Assembly: GCA_963783575.1 (NCBI GenBank)
Contig: CAWAOD010000003.1
Location: forward strand, 160,001 to 224,000
Origin: an uncultured Spirochaetota bacterium
Lineage (GTDB): Bacteria > Spirochaetota > Brevinematia > Brevinematales > JAOACQ01
DNA length: 64,000 bases
Direction of reading: 5' to 3'
In this document: in pieces, positions 9,594-20,318 of the stretch
Numbering within the stretch: the first letter of the stretch is position 1
Layout of the letters: every line of letters begins with the position of its first letter
The notes under the pieces: model-generated
The model's input: the letters and a program-made list of their open reading frames with translations, nothing else
What the model was told of the DNA's origin: nothing
Databases searched by the model: none
Made by a program: the position numbers and the translations under genes

Positions 9594-10931
9594 CTATATT
9601 ATTCCATTAACAATTTCCTTGAATTTCCTGCCCCTTTCCTCATAATTGTTAAACATATCAAAGCTTGAACATCCCGGTGATAAAAGGATTATATCGCCTT
9701 CAACCGATGATGAATAAGCGTTCTGGACCGCATCCTTCAAATCATTAGCCATAAAAAACGGCTGAAAATCAAGTTCATTTTTTAACTTTCCGGCTGCTTC
9801 GCCGATCAAAATCAGTTTTTTAAGCTTGCTTTTCACCAGATTCTGAAGCGGCTTGAAATCCAATCCCTTGTCCCTTCCTCCGGCGATGAGGATTATGGGC
9901 CTTTCAAAACTCTGCAATGCTTTGTTGAGAGAGTTCACTGTTGTTGACTTTGAGTCGTTATAATATTCTGCACCATTGATCTCTTTGACAAACTCAAGGC
10001 GGTGTTCAAGCCCCTCAAATGAGCTCAGCGTTTTTTTAATCGCGTCATCGGAAATTGATAGTGTCCCGGCAATCAGTATTGCCGCCATTGCGTTCTCAAT
10101 ATTATGTACGCCCTTCAAGGGTATTGAATCACGTTTTAAGTATTCTCCGCCTTTATAATAAACCGTCCCATCCTTAAAATAACAATCAGCTTTATCGGAT
10201 TGAGAACTGAATGTCAGTATTTTTGAACGAATCCCTGCTTTAAGCCTCTCAAAATAAGGCGAATCCAGGTTTAAAACGGCATAATCATTGCTTCCCTGGT
10301 TTTTAAATATATTTTTTTTAGCAGAAAGGTAAGAGCCCATAGAATCGTAGCGGTCAAGGTGGTCTTCGGCTATATTAAGAACGGCGGCAACCCGGGGATG
10401 AAAATCCCTCACCGCTTCAAGTTGAAAACTTGATAATTCCAGAACTAAAATCGAATCCCGATCAACGGCATGATAATGCTCAAATATCGGAACTCCGACA
10501 TTGCCTCCGATCAAAGCTTTTCTTTCCTGTTTAACAATTTCATAAACAAGCGTTGTTGTTGTGGTTTTACCGTCAGTGCCAGTAATACCTACATAAGTTA
10601 TATCCGGAATAAGTCGGTAAAAAAACTCAATATCGCCTACTACAGGAATTCCCCTGTTCTTTGCTTCCCTCACGACCGGTATTGACATAGGAACTCCCGG
10701 GCTTATCAAAATTAAATCGGGCTGGGTAAGATCGAGCAATTCAATCGATTGTGTCCCGAGATAACCTTCAACAGGTCCCAATTTCTGCAGTTCATTGAGG
10801 AGGGATAGTTTTTCATCATCGTTCTGCGAATCCGATATCGCAATTTCATTCCCCATTTCAAGAAGGATCCTGGCGGCGGAAAATGAAGTCCGTTTTGTGA
10901 ATCCGAGGATCAGGATTTTTTTTGATGTCAT
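9594..10931 (-). CDS. murD: UDP-N-acetylmuramoyl-L-alanine--D-glutamate ligase
   Basis: ISPGVP, GITGTDGKTTTT, GNVG, ELSSFQL, EDHLDRY, HRLE, NDSKST, LSPGCSSFDMFNNYEERG. Confidence 0.97.
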   Translation of the reverse strand: MTSKKILILGFTKRTSFSAARILLEMGNEIAISDSQNDDEKLSLLNELQKLGPVEGYLGTQSIELLDLTQPDLILISPGVPMSIPVVREAKNRGIPVVGDIEFFYRLIPDITYVGITGTDGKTTTTTLVYEIVKQERKALIGGNVGVPIFEHYHAVDRDSILVLELSSFQLEAVRDFHPRVAAVLNIAEDHLDRYDSMGSYLSAKKNIFKNQGSNDYAVLNLDSPYFERLKAGIRSKILTFSSQSDKADCYFKDGTVYYKGGEYLKRDSIPLKGVHNIENAMAAILIAGTLSISDDAIKKTLSSFEGLEHRLEFVKEINGAEYYNDSKSTTVNSLNKALQSFERPIILIAGGRDKGLDFKPLQNLVKSKLKKLILIGEAAGKLKNELDFQPFFMANDLKDAVQNAYSSSVEGDIILLSPGCSSFDMFNNYEERGRKFKEIVNGII

Positions 10932-11184
10932 GGTGAAATCCTAAAATTATTAATTAAAATATTTTTCAGATCAATAATATAACACAGCGGCGTAGGAAAA
11001 GCAAATGGCGGGATAATTCCAGTGCATGGTATAATTTGAATTTATACACTTTCTTTTTTATAATAGAGTTTGACTTGAATCCATTTTCCTGACTTTTTAA
11101 ACTCCGATAACCGGAAAGAAAAAGGAGAAAATCAATCGCTGTTTTCAATTTATACACAACAAACAAGATGGAGGATCACACTTT

Positions 11185-12174
11185 ATGAAGAAATGCTTGA
11201 TTATTTTTATTTTCATAATACCGGCACTTGCAATTATTAATTCCTGTACAACGCTGTTTGAGGCCGCAGTAAAGGATGATACAGCTTTTATCAAAAATTA
11301 CAGGGGCGACATCGATGCCAGGGACAAAATTAATGATACTGCATTGATGAAAGCGGCAGGCTCCGGCAGCACAGAAGCGGTTAAAGCTTTGATAAAAGCG
11401 GGGGCAAATGTCAATCTGACTGACAGGAATGGCCGGACGGCTTTAATTTTAGCGGCAAAAATCGGCCGGACTGAAGCGGTTAAAGAATTGATCGCGGCAA
11501 AGGCCGATATCAACGCGGCGGACAGGGATGGCTTTACGGCTTTGATGTGGGCTGCCGTTTTTAAATATACAGATACCGTTAAAGCATTGCTGGAAGGAGG
11601 AGCCGATGTCAGCATAATGAATAAAAACAGGGACATGGCGTTATCTATGGCTTATACGATTAATAATAACGGTGAAGTCATTAAGCTTCTGGAAGACACC
11701 CACAGATTATCCGACCCCTTGTTAAATGCAGCCGGATCAGATGACGCCGCTTTTATCAAAAATTTTAAAGGCAACATTAACGAGAGGGATAAAAACGGCG
11801 ATACGGCTTTGATTATTGCGGCTAAAAAAGATTATTACGATCTGGTTAAAGCCTTAATTGATGAAGGAGCAAATGTCAATACGACGGATCATCAGGGTAA
11901 TACAGCCTTGATTTTCGCTTCACAGAACGGCAATACGGATATGGTTAAAGCTCTGACCGGTGCAAAAGCCGATGTTAACGCCGCGGATAGTGAAGGCTTT
12001 ACCGTTTTGATGTACGCTGTCGCTTTTGAGCGAACTGACACAATAAAAGAACTGCTCAATGCCGGGGCAACTGTCAACACCGTCAATAAAAACGGCATTA
12101 ATGCCATGATTCTTGTGGAAGCAATCGGGAACAGTGATATTATCGATCTTCTTACAGCGGCAGGAGCAAAATGA
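11185..12174 (+). CDS. Ankyrin-repeat lipoprotein
   Basis: Lipobox-like IINSC; repeated G.TAL..AA..G..E.VK.LI..GA.VN ankyrin units in two duplicated halves. Confidence 0.92.
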   Translation: MKKCLIIFIFIIPALAIINSCTTLFEAAVKDDTAFIKNYRGDIDARDKINDTALMKAAGSGSTEAVKALIKAGANVNLTDRNGRTALILAAKIGRTEAVKELIAAKADINAADRDGFTALMWAAVFKYTDTVKALLEGGADVSIMNKNRDMALSMAYTINNNGEVIKLLEDTHRLSDPLLNAAGSDDAAFIKNFKGNINERDKNGDTALIIAAKKDYYDLVKALIDEGANVNTTDHQGNTALIFASQNGNTDMVKALTGAKADVNAADSEGFTVLMYAVAFERTDTIKELLNAGATVNTVNKNGINAMILVEAIGNSDIIDLLTAAGAK

Positions 12175-12184
12175 GAGCAGGCTT

Positions 12185-13498
12185 ATGAATAAAAAATTAT
12201 TGGTTAAAATAATAATAATCGTCGCCGCCATTGTACCTGTAATCTTTTTTTTCTGGAATATCCATCTTTACGCGGTAAATATCCCATATAACGATGACTT
12301 CGATACGGTCTTCGGATTTATGAACGCCTATTCAAGGCCGCATATGTTCATCGAAAGGTTCAATATGATTTTTGCATTCTGGAACGACCACAGGCAGCCT
12401 TTTAATAAAATAGTTACTTTACTGATGAACGGTTTTTTCGGGAATATAAATATCAAAACGATGATTTATATCGGCAACGCAGGACTTCTGATCATTATCT
12501 TCTGCCTGTATAAAATGTTCCAGTCGGAAAATAAACTACTGTTCTTCCTTCCGGCAATATTTTTATTTTTTCAGCCAGGTTATGCCGAGAATATTTATTT
12601 CGGCATGGCCTCATTGACAAATTTTTATGTGATGGCATTCGGATACCTTTCTGTATTATTGCTTACCCGAAATTATAAACCGTTCCCGGTATTTATAATT
12701 GCTTTGCTTTTATCTGCCGCCGCATATTTTACACAGGGGAATGGAATTTTATTCCTGGGAACAGGCTTTCTTATACTTATTTATTTGAGAAAATGGAAGG
12801 AAAGCGCAGTATGGGCGCTGATATCAGCCGGCCTGTTCTTATTTTACCGTTTTTATCCGGGTGGAAATACCGCAGCTATTCATTCCGGCTTAAAAATACC
12901 CGGGATTAACTGGCTCTATTTTTTCAATTTTATCGGCAACACTTTCGGGGCTTCAACAACCGGTTATTATTCAAAATCCGGCATAGGTATGATAAAATTT
13001 ATTTCATCTTTCGCTCCTTTTATAATAGGATTGATAACTGTCGCTTATTTCATGATAATCAGCGTATTCCGCTATTATAAAAAAAATCCGGCCCTTTACT
13101 CGGTATTTTTATTCCTTATTTTATCAGCCCTGGGAGCATCGATTGTAAGGGCGAACGATCTGGGAATCGACCAGGCGTTCACATCGAGATACCGCGTGGT
13201 AACAATACAATTTATAATAGTCGGTTATTTATCAATAATTGAAATCATTAAGAGTACAAAGTTGAAAAACATTGTTTTAACAGTATCGCTTATTTTATCA
13301 ATTTTATTCTGCGGGCTGATGTATAAGCTTAAATATAATCCAATCAAAGAACACAGGAACGACCTGGTTACAAGCCTCACAAAGTGGCGTGAAACCGGAA
13401 AGGGGCTTTACCCGCTCGCCCATCCCAATCCATATGCCAATGAAATATTGAAAGAAGCGGTTAAAAATAATTTTTACAGGATACCTGATATTAAGTAA
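12185..13498 (+). CDS. Polytopic membrane protein, probable GT-C glycosyltransferase (GtrC-like)
   Basis: About 12 TM helices, N-terminal luminal PYNDD acidic motif, NDHR and SRY motifs; upstream of GtrB/GtrA-like genes. Confidence 0.6.
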   Translation: MNKKLLVKIIIIVAAIVPVIFFFWNIHLYAVNIPYNDDFDTVFGFMNAYSRPHMFIERFNMIFAFWNDHRQPFNKIVTLLMNGFFGNINIKTMIYIGNAGLLIIIFCLYKMFQSENKLLFFLPAIFLFFQPGYAENIYFGMASLTNFYVMAFGYLSVLLLTRNYKPFPVFIIALLLSAAAYFTQGNGILFLGTGFLILIYLRKWKESAVWALISAGLFLFYRFYPGGNTAAIHSGLKIPGINWLYFFNFIGNTFGASTTGYYSKSGIGMIKFISSFAPFIIGLITVAYFMIISVFRYYKKNPALYSVFLFLILSALGASIVRANDLGIDQAFTSRYRVVTIQFIIVGYLSIIEIIKSTKLKNIVLTVSLILSILFCGLMYKLKYNPIKEHRNDLVTSLTKWRETGKGLYPLAHPNPYANEILKEAVKNNFYRIPDIK

Positions 13499-13517
13499 AA
13501 CGAGGAGCTTTAAAATT

Positions 13518-14456
13518 ATGCGTACAGCGTTGATAATACCGGCCTTTAACGAAGAACAGACAATCGTTGGGGTGATTGAAGAATTTCATAAGGAATTACC
13601 CGAGGCTCATATCTGCGTAATCGATAATAATTCCACCGATAAAACCGGTGAAAACGCAGGCGAGGCGTTAAAAAAAACCGGTAATAACTGGAGCCTTCTG
13701 TTCGAAAAAAGGCAGGGTAAGGCTTTTGCAGTCAGAAGGGCTTTTCAGGAAACGGACGCCGATATTTATGTAATGGTTGACGCGGATTCTACATATCCCT
13801 CAAAGGATGTGATTCGGCTTGTCAGGCCGGTTATTGAAAACGAAGCCGATATGACGGTTGGCGACCGTATTTCAAAAGGTATTTATAAAAATCAAAATAA
13901 AAGGGCTTTTCATAATTTCGGTAACCAGCTCGTTAAAAACCTGATCAATTTTATTTTTAAGTCGGGCCTCAATGATATTATGAGCGGTTACAGGGCTTTC
14001 AGCAGGAAATTTATACTGAACTTCCCGGTAATGAGTAAGGGTTTTGAAATCGAGACTGAAATGACCCTCCATGCCCTGGATAAAAGGTTCAGGATTCTGG
14101 AAATACCTGTCGAATATTATGAAAGGCCTTCGGGAAGCTTTTCAAAATTGAACACATTTAAAGACGGCTATAATGTTCTCAAAAAAGTAACCCAGATATT
14201 CAAGGATTTTAAACCGCTGCAATTTTTCGGGCTTATGTCACTCTTATGTGTTTTATCCGGCTTTATTATCGGAACACCTGTGATTATTGAGTATATCCAG
14301 GCTAAATATGTTTTTAAAGTTCCATCGGCGATTCTATCAACAGGACTTATGATCCTTGGAATGCTCTTTTTTTCTGTCGGCCTGATACTTGATACTGTTG
14401 TTAAAATCCATAAATTCGATTACGAATTGAAGCTGAACCGTTATGGAAAAAATTAA
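13518..14456 (+). CDS. GT2 polyprenol-phosphate glycosyltransferase (GtrB/DPM1-like)
   Basis: IIPAFNEE, IDNNSTD, MVDAD, DIMSGYRAF, FEIETE; two C-terminal TM helices. Confidence 0.92.
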   Translation: MRTALIIPAFNEEQTIVGVIEEFHKELPEAHICVIDNNSTDKTGENAGEALKKTGNNWSLLFEKRQGKAFAVRRAFQETDADIYVMVDADSTYPSKDVIRLVRPVIENEADMTVGDRISKGIYKNQNKRAFHNFGNQLVKNLINFIFKSGLNDIMSGYRAFSRKFILNFPVMSKGFEIETEMTLHALDKRFRILEIPVEYYERPSGSFSKLNTFKDGYNVLKKVTQIFKDFKPLQFFGLMSLLCVLSGFIIGTPVIIEYIQAKYVFKVPSAILSTGLMILGMLFFSVGLILDTVVKIHKFDYELKLNRYGKN

Positions 14457-14919
14457 AAAGCCGATTGGTACGTCGAAAAGCAATTCTTTGAAAGCCGTTT
14501 TTACCCGTCTAAAAGCAATTATTACAGATAAATACTTAAAACCGGAAACTATATATCAGATTTCCCGTTTTATTATTACCGGGATTCTAGCGGCCGGTGT
14601 TGATTACGGGGTGTACATAGCTCTTTTCGGACATGCGGGGATTGTGTACGCAAAGGCGATTTCATTTGTAACCGCAACGGTCTTTACTTATATTGTCAAT
14701 AAATTCTGGACATTCGAGCGGAAGCACTTCAGCGCGGGGGAAGCCGCCCGGTTTATCGGATTATATATTTTGTCCATGATACTTAATACGGCCATTAATA
14801 AAGCCGCTTTTTTATTGTCGGGAAGCAAACCGATTGGATTCATTTTCGCGACAGGATTTTGCGCGGTATTTAATTTTCTGGGTCTGAAGCTTTTCGTTTT
14901 CGGCAAACATAAAGGGTGA
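14443..14919 (+). CDS. GtrA-family flippase-like protein
   Basis: RFIITG..VD, NKFWTF, NFLGLKLFVF; four TM helices; overlaps the GT2 stop. Confidence 0.88.
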   Translation: MEKIKKPIGTSKSNSLKAVFTRLKAIITDKYLKPETIYQISRFIITGILAAGVDYGVYIALFGHAGIVYAKAISFVTATVFTYIVNKFWTFERKHFSAGEAARFIGLYILSMILNTAINKAAFLLSGSKPIGFIFATGFCAVFNFLGLKLFVFGKHKG

Positions 14920-14930
14920 TCTGTATTTTA

Positions 14931-16727
14931 TTACTCAGTCTTTTTTGAAACAATCCTGAACCCTTTCAATATACTGTTTCCTCTCAATTCAATCCCTTTT
15001 CCAAGATTCCATTCATAAAGAGTAGTGCAGGGAAACGGATCATACCAGGCAAGATAAGAAGTACCGGCCGTATATATTGTCAGTGAAAAGCCATCGCTGC
15101 TGAGCACATGCTCTTCCGGCCGCGCAGGGTCTTTCCCGTAATCCGCGGGTAAAATGATCCTCTGAAGCACAACAGCAGGCAGCTCCTTCCCATAAAGATC
15201 GTCCCTTCGTCCGCTGAAAAAATACCTGTTGAATAAAAATACTTCAAATAAAACCGTCAATATTATAACAACAGATGAAAAAGCCGGTATAAACCGTTTA
15301 TTATGAAATCCTGCCTTATAAATAATTAGCACCGGAGCGATCTGGAATATGAAGAAAAGTAAATAAAAAGCCGCACCGTAACGGATATCCGGAGCGGTCA
15401 TAGCAAGAAATATAATTGAGAAATAAAGCATTATTATAAACCAGAAATATTTCTTAAATTCCGCAAGATAATTATGGATTAACCCCGGTTTGAAAATCAA
15501 TCTTAAAAGATAGAAAAAAATAACCAGGACATAAAGTGAAAGTAAGGGATACAATATTATTTTATACTGAAAATAAATAGATTTCAGCCAGTATTGAACA
15601 TACTGCCATAACGGCATCTTTTCGATTGGATGAGACCACTGTACCAGGCCTGCGATATCATCCTTCAGCAGTGTCCCGGGCAGTTTCCAGTCGAATCCGG
15701 AAATACCTGTAAAATATACCGGATAAATCATATAACCTGATATTATGACATTCCTGATTATCCATGGCAGTATAATTATAATGCTGATAATCAGGCTTGT
15801 AATTAAAGCTCTGACATTCTTTTTTAAAATAAGTCCGATTATCAAAGGAATTGATAAAATCAGAATAGGCAAGCTTGAAAGCTTTAGGGTTAAAATAAAA
15901 ACAGATAAGAATAAAAGAGTAAATAATTCTAAATCATTATCTCTAGTTCCCGATACATTGTAATCATTTTTAAGACTGAGAAATCTAATGAAAATAATAA
16001 CAATAAAAACTGCAGGCGCCGTATCAGTCCCCGGTGATGACACAAAGTTCAGGAACAGATAAATAAGAAAAGGGAAAGTCAACAATCCAATTACCTCAGA
16101 TATTATATCTCTATTTTTCCCGGCCCTGTTTAAACAGGAAATTAAAAATAATGAACCCAGAACAAGGATAAAGCCATTCAGTACATGAAAAGATTGAATC
16201 TTTAAAAACGAAAAGCTGAAAAGGGCACTTGCAACCAGCCAATTGCTGTTGTATGCAAAATGCTTATTCAGGTTTCCAAGGCCGGGTATGACGGGAAAAT
16301 TTTCTATCCATCGTATCGCCTGTGCGTGGTAAGAAGCCGTATCGTAATTTTTCGGGATATAGGCTGATGTTTCAAATAAAATAACAAGAAAAAGTATAAT
16401 AAATAACGCAACAGACCAAATATTCAGCCCTTTTATATATTTTAATTGATTCCCAAGATAATGTTTAATAAATTTATAATCAATAAAAACATAGACAAAA
16501 ACAATGATTAAAATAACAATATTAACAGCCAGGCCGATTTTCATAAAAATAGAAAAATATGATGCTGCTGTTGTAATAAAGCAAAGCCCAAATCCGGTAA
16601 TAATAGTAGATGGGATTTTATCATTCAGGCCTGTCTTTAGGGCTCCTCCAATAATTCGGACGCACATCAGCCCGGTAAAGAAAGAGACTACGGAAATATA
16701 TGTCCAGATAATTGCTGTAACAAGCAT
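14931..16727 (-). CDS. Large polytopic membrane protein (LIC_10190-like, GT-C-like)
   Basis: YDTASYHAQAIRW..PGLGNL..FAYNS, SPGTD, KLS, RNVIISGY.IYP, APDIRYG motifs; ATG 16727 after GGAG. Confidence 0.7.
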   Translation of the reverse strand: MLVTAIIWTYISVVSFFTGLMCVRIIGGALKTGLNDKIPSTIITGFGLCFITTAASYFSIFMKIGLAVNIVILIIVFVYVFIDYKFIKHYLGNQLKYIKGLNIWSVALFIILFLVILFETSAYIPKNYDTASYHAQAIRWIENFPVIPGLGNLNKHFAYNSNWLVASALFSFSFLKIQSFHVLNGFILVLGSLFLISCLNRAGKNRDIISEVIGLLTFPFLIYLFLNFVSSPGTDTAPAVFIVIIFIRFLSLKNDYNVSGTRDNDLELFTLLFLSVFILTLKLSSLPILILSIPLIIGLILKKNVRALITSLIISIIIILPWIIRNVIISGYMIYPVYFTGISGFDWKLPGTLLKDDIAGLVQWSHPIEKMPLWQYVQYWLKSIYFQYKIILYPLLSLYVLVIFFYLLRLIFKPGLIHNYLAEFKKYFWFIIMLYFSIIFLAMTAPDIRYGAAFYLLFFIFQIAPVLIIYKAGFHNKRFIPAFSSVVIILTVLFEVFLFNRYFFSGRRDDLYGKELPAVVLQRIILPADYGKDPARPEEHVLSSDGFSLTIYTAGTSYLAWYDPFPCTTLYEWNLGKGIELRGNSILKGFRIVSKKTE

Positions 16728-16853
16728 AAGGTTCTCCGGCAATAAGTTTTTAAGGTTTTATTTTATCATTACTCCGGTTTAGAATCAATTCTTTGAGAAT
16801 TTACAGTTTAAATGCTAAAATAAATGGTGAATAGGAATTGAATAGGAAATTTT

Positions 16854-18137
16854 ATGAATGCATTAAACACGGTTATAACGATTCTGTATTTGTTTTTCAA
16901 TCTTGCCCTGCCGAAAGCGGGAACAAAAATCGGGTACCTGCCCCTTTATGTTTCTTTGATTATCACGCTATGTGTTGTTTTTCCTGTCATTCTACATAAT
17001 TTCATTAAATACTTCAGGGCTAAACAGGAAAGGGTCCTGGCCGTTTATCTGTTTTCTTTTATTTTTGTATGGATTATTGATTTCACCGTTTATCCGAAAC
17101 CAGCAAATTTTAATTATATCATTACAGACCAGCTTCCCTTTTTTTTCGGCATTATATCGGCGTTTTTTTTCTTATTCCCGAAGTATATCCCTGTGAAATT
17201 AAAATTATTCAGAAATATCATACTTGTATGTTTTTTTCTTGTAACAATCTATGGTTTTATCCAGAAGATCTTCGGGGATATCCGTACTCTTATACCAGGC
17301 ATCACTTATAATTATGCCGAAACCATCAGGTTTAAAGACAATAATTCCCCAAACATCTGGGCAAAACACAATTATATCGAATCCAATGGCTGGCTGAAGC
17401 TTGCTTCTACCTATCAAAACGGAAACCTTTTCGGTGTCAATTACCTGATGATGGCTTGGTTCGCGCTTTATTTTCTGTCTTTAAACAAAAAGATTTTAAG
17501 CAGAATCCTGTTTTACTTATCATTTGCAGCATTTCTGGCAATATGCATAATGACTGCTTCAAGCACAGTTTATATAGGACTTTTATTTTCACTCTTGCTT
17601 TATTATATTTACCTTATTATTCAGATTTATAAATCGGATGAAAAGAGAAAGGCTCTGAAAATATTCTTTTTTATCTCAATCCCTGTCATTCTGGTGATCG
17701 GATTATTTATAATAATGAATTCATCCAGGAATATGCAGATTTTATTAAATCAAAAACTTCTTCAGAGAAATTTCCTGGGCGACAACCGTGTAACAATATT
17801 CTATTCATATTGCCGGTATTTATGGGAAAACAAACTTATCTATAAATTTCTGTTCGGTTCATATTTTATAACACCTTCCGGTATGGGAGCTTATGAAATC
17901 GTACCCGCAAATATTTTTGTAAATTTCGGAATACTTTTTACAGGCGTATTTGTCTTTTTTATCTGGTATATAATGAAGAATCTGAAATTCACAATCTATA
18001 ATATCGGTCTTTTTACATATATCCTGGCGTCGTTTATGGACGGCGGCTTCTGGCTGCCTCCCACGCCTTTCAATTTTTTTTCGCTTATAGGTTTCAGTTA
18101 TTTTGTTCTCTCAAAAAAAGACGGGAAAAGTGAATAG
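16854..18137 (+). CDS. Wzy/O-antigen ligase-like membrane protein
   Basis: About 11 TM helices; KLASTYQNGNLFG resembles the R..s.f.npN motif; lies in the glycan cluster. Confidence 0.55.
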   Translation: MNALNTVITILYLFFNLALPKAGTKIGYLPLYVSLIITLCVVFPVILHNFIKYFRAKQERVLAVYLFSFIFVWIIDFTVYPKPANFNYIITDQLPFFFGIISAFFFLFPKYIPVKLKLFRNIILVCFFLVTIYGFIQKIFGDIRTLIPGITYNYAETIRFKDNNSPNIWAKHNYIESNGWLKLASTYQNGNLFGVNYLMMAWFALYFLSLNKKILSRILFYLSFAAFLAICIMTASSTVYIGLLFSLLLYYIYLIIQIYKSDEKRKALKIFFFISIPVILVIGLFIIMNSSRNMQILLNQKLLQRNFLGDNRVTIFYSYCRYLWENKLIYKFLFGSYFITPSGMGAYEIVPANIFVNFGILFTGVFVFFIWYIMKNLKFTIYNIGLFTYILASFMDGGFWLPPTPFNFFSLIGFSYFVLSKKDGKSE

Positions 18138-18238
18138 GATAATCTTGAGTCATCCCTCCGCTCTAAATGACAATCATAGTCTGTAAATATAGGTTGGTTG
18201 ATTTTATTAATCATAAGTTTAGGATGGGTTAGATGATA

Positions 18239-19273
18239 CTAGATAATCAGTCCGTATATCATATTAATAATGGAGGCAAGGGTATCGTAAACTAGTGCTA
18301 CAGCCGCGGCTGAAAGGACATAGAAGCATGCGGCCTGTAAATAATCGCGGTAAAGCTGGCGAAGATTCCTAAAAGCCACCCCAAAGCTTGCCGTTATGAT
18401 CAGAAGAAAAATCAGCGCAATGTAATAAGCAATTTTATTGTATACGATATTGCCAAGATGGAAAAAATTTATTTTAGAAGAATAGACATAGTCATTATAA
18501 CGGAATATTTCAAAAAGGCTTGCTATTTTTGAAGATGCCTCCGAGCTTAAGGCAAATATTCCGTCTGCGTCGTAAACTATTGGAATCATCTTAATCCCGC
18601 TGATTTTTCTGGTATTTGAAAACTTGCCGCCGGAATAATTATAATATAGAGGGCTGACAGCATAAAGGTCAGTATCGATTAGCTTGGCTTTCTCTGCCGT
18701 AACGATGTAATCTATTTGCTTTTTCGGTGTGTAAGCTATCAACCGAAAACCTTCAATATAATAGCATCCGTTACCGTTATACATTTTCTGGAAATATACA
18801 TAACTCGTTCCCATAGAAAAGGCGATGTCCTTTTTCACGGACATATATTTAAGATTATCAAATTCAGAAATTAAAAATTTGCTGCCGGAAGTATCCCTGA
18901 TTTTTATTTTTGCGCTAAGATGCTCCGTTTTAAGGTTTGATTGAAGACCGGCAGAATCGTAAAGCCTTGGTACCGCCAATTCCTGAAAGGCTATTGCCCC
19001 TCCCATTACAATGATTATATACAGGATTATGAAAAAACCAAGAGTAGCGCTTGATACCGGGTTCTGAAGCTCAGATTTATTCTGGAAAACCAGGGGCCAG
19101 AGAATACTGAGCCCCGCTATAAAGGGCAGAAAAAATATAAGATCCGATGCTGATTCGTATAAAAGCCAGATTTTATCAAGTTTCTCAACTCTTATATGAA
19201 AAATTAGAGATAATATAATAACAAATAAGCACAGAATAATCAGATGAGCCAGGAAAGTATTGAATTTTCTCAT
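18239..19273 (-). CDS. Divergent LptF/LptG-like permease
   Basis: 3 TM + ~170-aa beta-rich periplasmic segment + 2-3 TM; FQELAVP, IVTAEKA and NKIAY..LIITASFG patterns as in LptF/G. Confidence 0.5.
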   Translation of the reverse strand: MRKFNTFLAHLIILCLFVIILSLIFHIRVEKLDKIWLLYESASDLIFFLPFIAGLSILWPLVFQNKSELQNPVSSATLGFFIILYIIIVMGGAIAFQELAVPRLYDSAGLQSNLKTEHLSAKIKIRDTSGSKFLISEFDNLKYMSVKKDIAFSMGTSYVYFQKMYNGNGCYYIEGFRLIAYTPKKQIDYIVTAEKAKLIDTDLYAVSPLYYNYSGGKFSNTRKISGIKMIPIVYDADGIFALSSEASSKIASLFEIFRYNDYVYSSKINFFHLGNIVYNKIAYYIALIFLLIITASFGVAFRNLRQLYRDYLQAACFYVLSAAAVALVYDTLASIINMIYGLII

Positions 19274-19289
19274 ATTAACCTCAATAGTA

Positions 19290-20318
19290 TTACCGGTTAC
19301 CGGTTCTTTTAAGCATAAGGTCTTTCAACGAAAGAAGACCGTAGCCTATTAATGCGGAAAAAAGACCGACAAACAGGCTGGGAATAATAACACTAAACAA
19401 ACCGTTCTTAATCCCGAATTTTATTAAAGCTATAAGGCTTAAAAAATACGGCAATCCCAGAAACATCAATATTGAAGCGGCCATTAGCGTTGCATAGGTT
19501 AAGATAAGAATCTGCTTGTCATTTATGAAACAGGCAATACCGCAAACAATGGAAAAAAAACCGGTACTGAGAAGTAATATTGCCAAAGCGGACAAAACCG
19601 CGCCTCCATCTAAAAAGGTCGTATAAAAAATGTCTTTCAGCTTTTTTAAATAACTTATATAGTTATCAAACAAAAACTGTGAAATACCTGTATCTTTCAT
19701 CTCCATCACAGGCTCTTTCCTTGGAATGGAAAAAGCTGAAGATTGCTTATAAAACCCGCTATCGCCGATATACTGATAGGTATTCACATTAACCGCATTA
19801 TTTTTAACACGCCAATCGCTAATAAAATAAGCATTTTTATAAAATAAAATTCCATTACCGGGAGATTTCCCGTCCTTCTTTTCTATAAAAATTTTATAAT
19901 CCCCTACCGCATTAATCATATCATCACGAATTTCCGGCCTATAATACTGCTGAACGGGTTTGGGAAGGATCAAGAAATCAAAGTTGATAAAGAAGAATAT
20001 GAGAAGCAGAACGGTATTCAATGCGGAAATTATAGGAATCATCCTTATATTGAATTTAATATCATTCCCGATGGAACAGAAATAAAAAAAACAGGCAATA
20101 ATGATTATAAACGGAAACGAATAAACAATAAAAAAACCGTAATTTTTTAAGGCCTCAATTAGAACATCAGTATCACCTTTAAACTTTAAAAAAACGAGAA
20201 TCTCAAAAAGATATAATAACAAACCGCCGAGAAAAAAAAGAATAGTCTTAAGGAAAGTGAAAAAATATTTTCTTAAAGATAATAAATAAACCAAAAAAAC
20301 CTCCCATAAAAACCACAC
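19290..20318 (-). CDS. Membrane protein, possible LptF/LptG-like partner
   Basis: Similar size (342 aa) and 3TM-periplasmic-3TM topology; tandem with 18239-19273; start uncertain. Confidence 0.4.
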   Translation of the reverse strand: MWFLWEVFLVYLLSLRKYFFTFLKTILFFLGGLLLYLFEILVFLKFKGDTDVLIEALKNYGFFIVYSFPFIIIIACFFYFCSIGNDIKFNIRMIPIISALNTVLLLIFFFINFDFLILPKPVQQYYRPEIRDDMINAVGDYKIFIEKKDGKSPGNGILFYKNAYFISDWRVKNNAVNVNTYQYIGDSGFYKQSSAFSIPRKEPVMEMKDTGISQFLFDNYISYLKKLKDIFYTTFLDGGAVLSALAILLLSTGFFSIVCGIACFINDKQILILTYATLMAASILMFLGLPYFLSLIALIKFGIKNGLFSVIIPSLFVGLFSALIGYGLLSLKDLMLKRTGNR

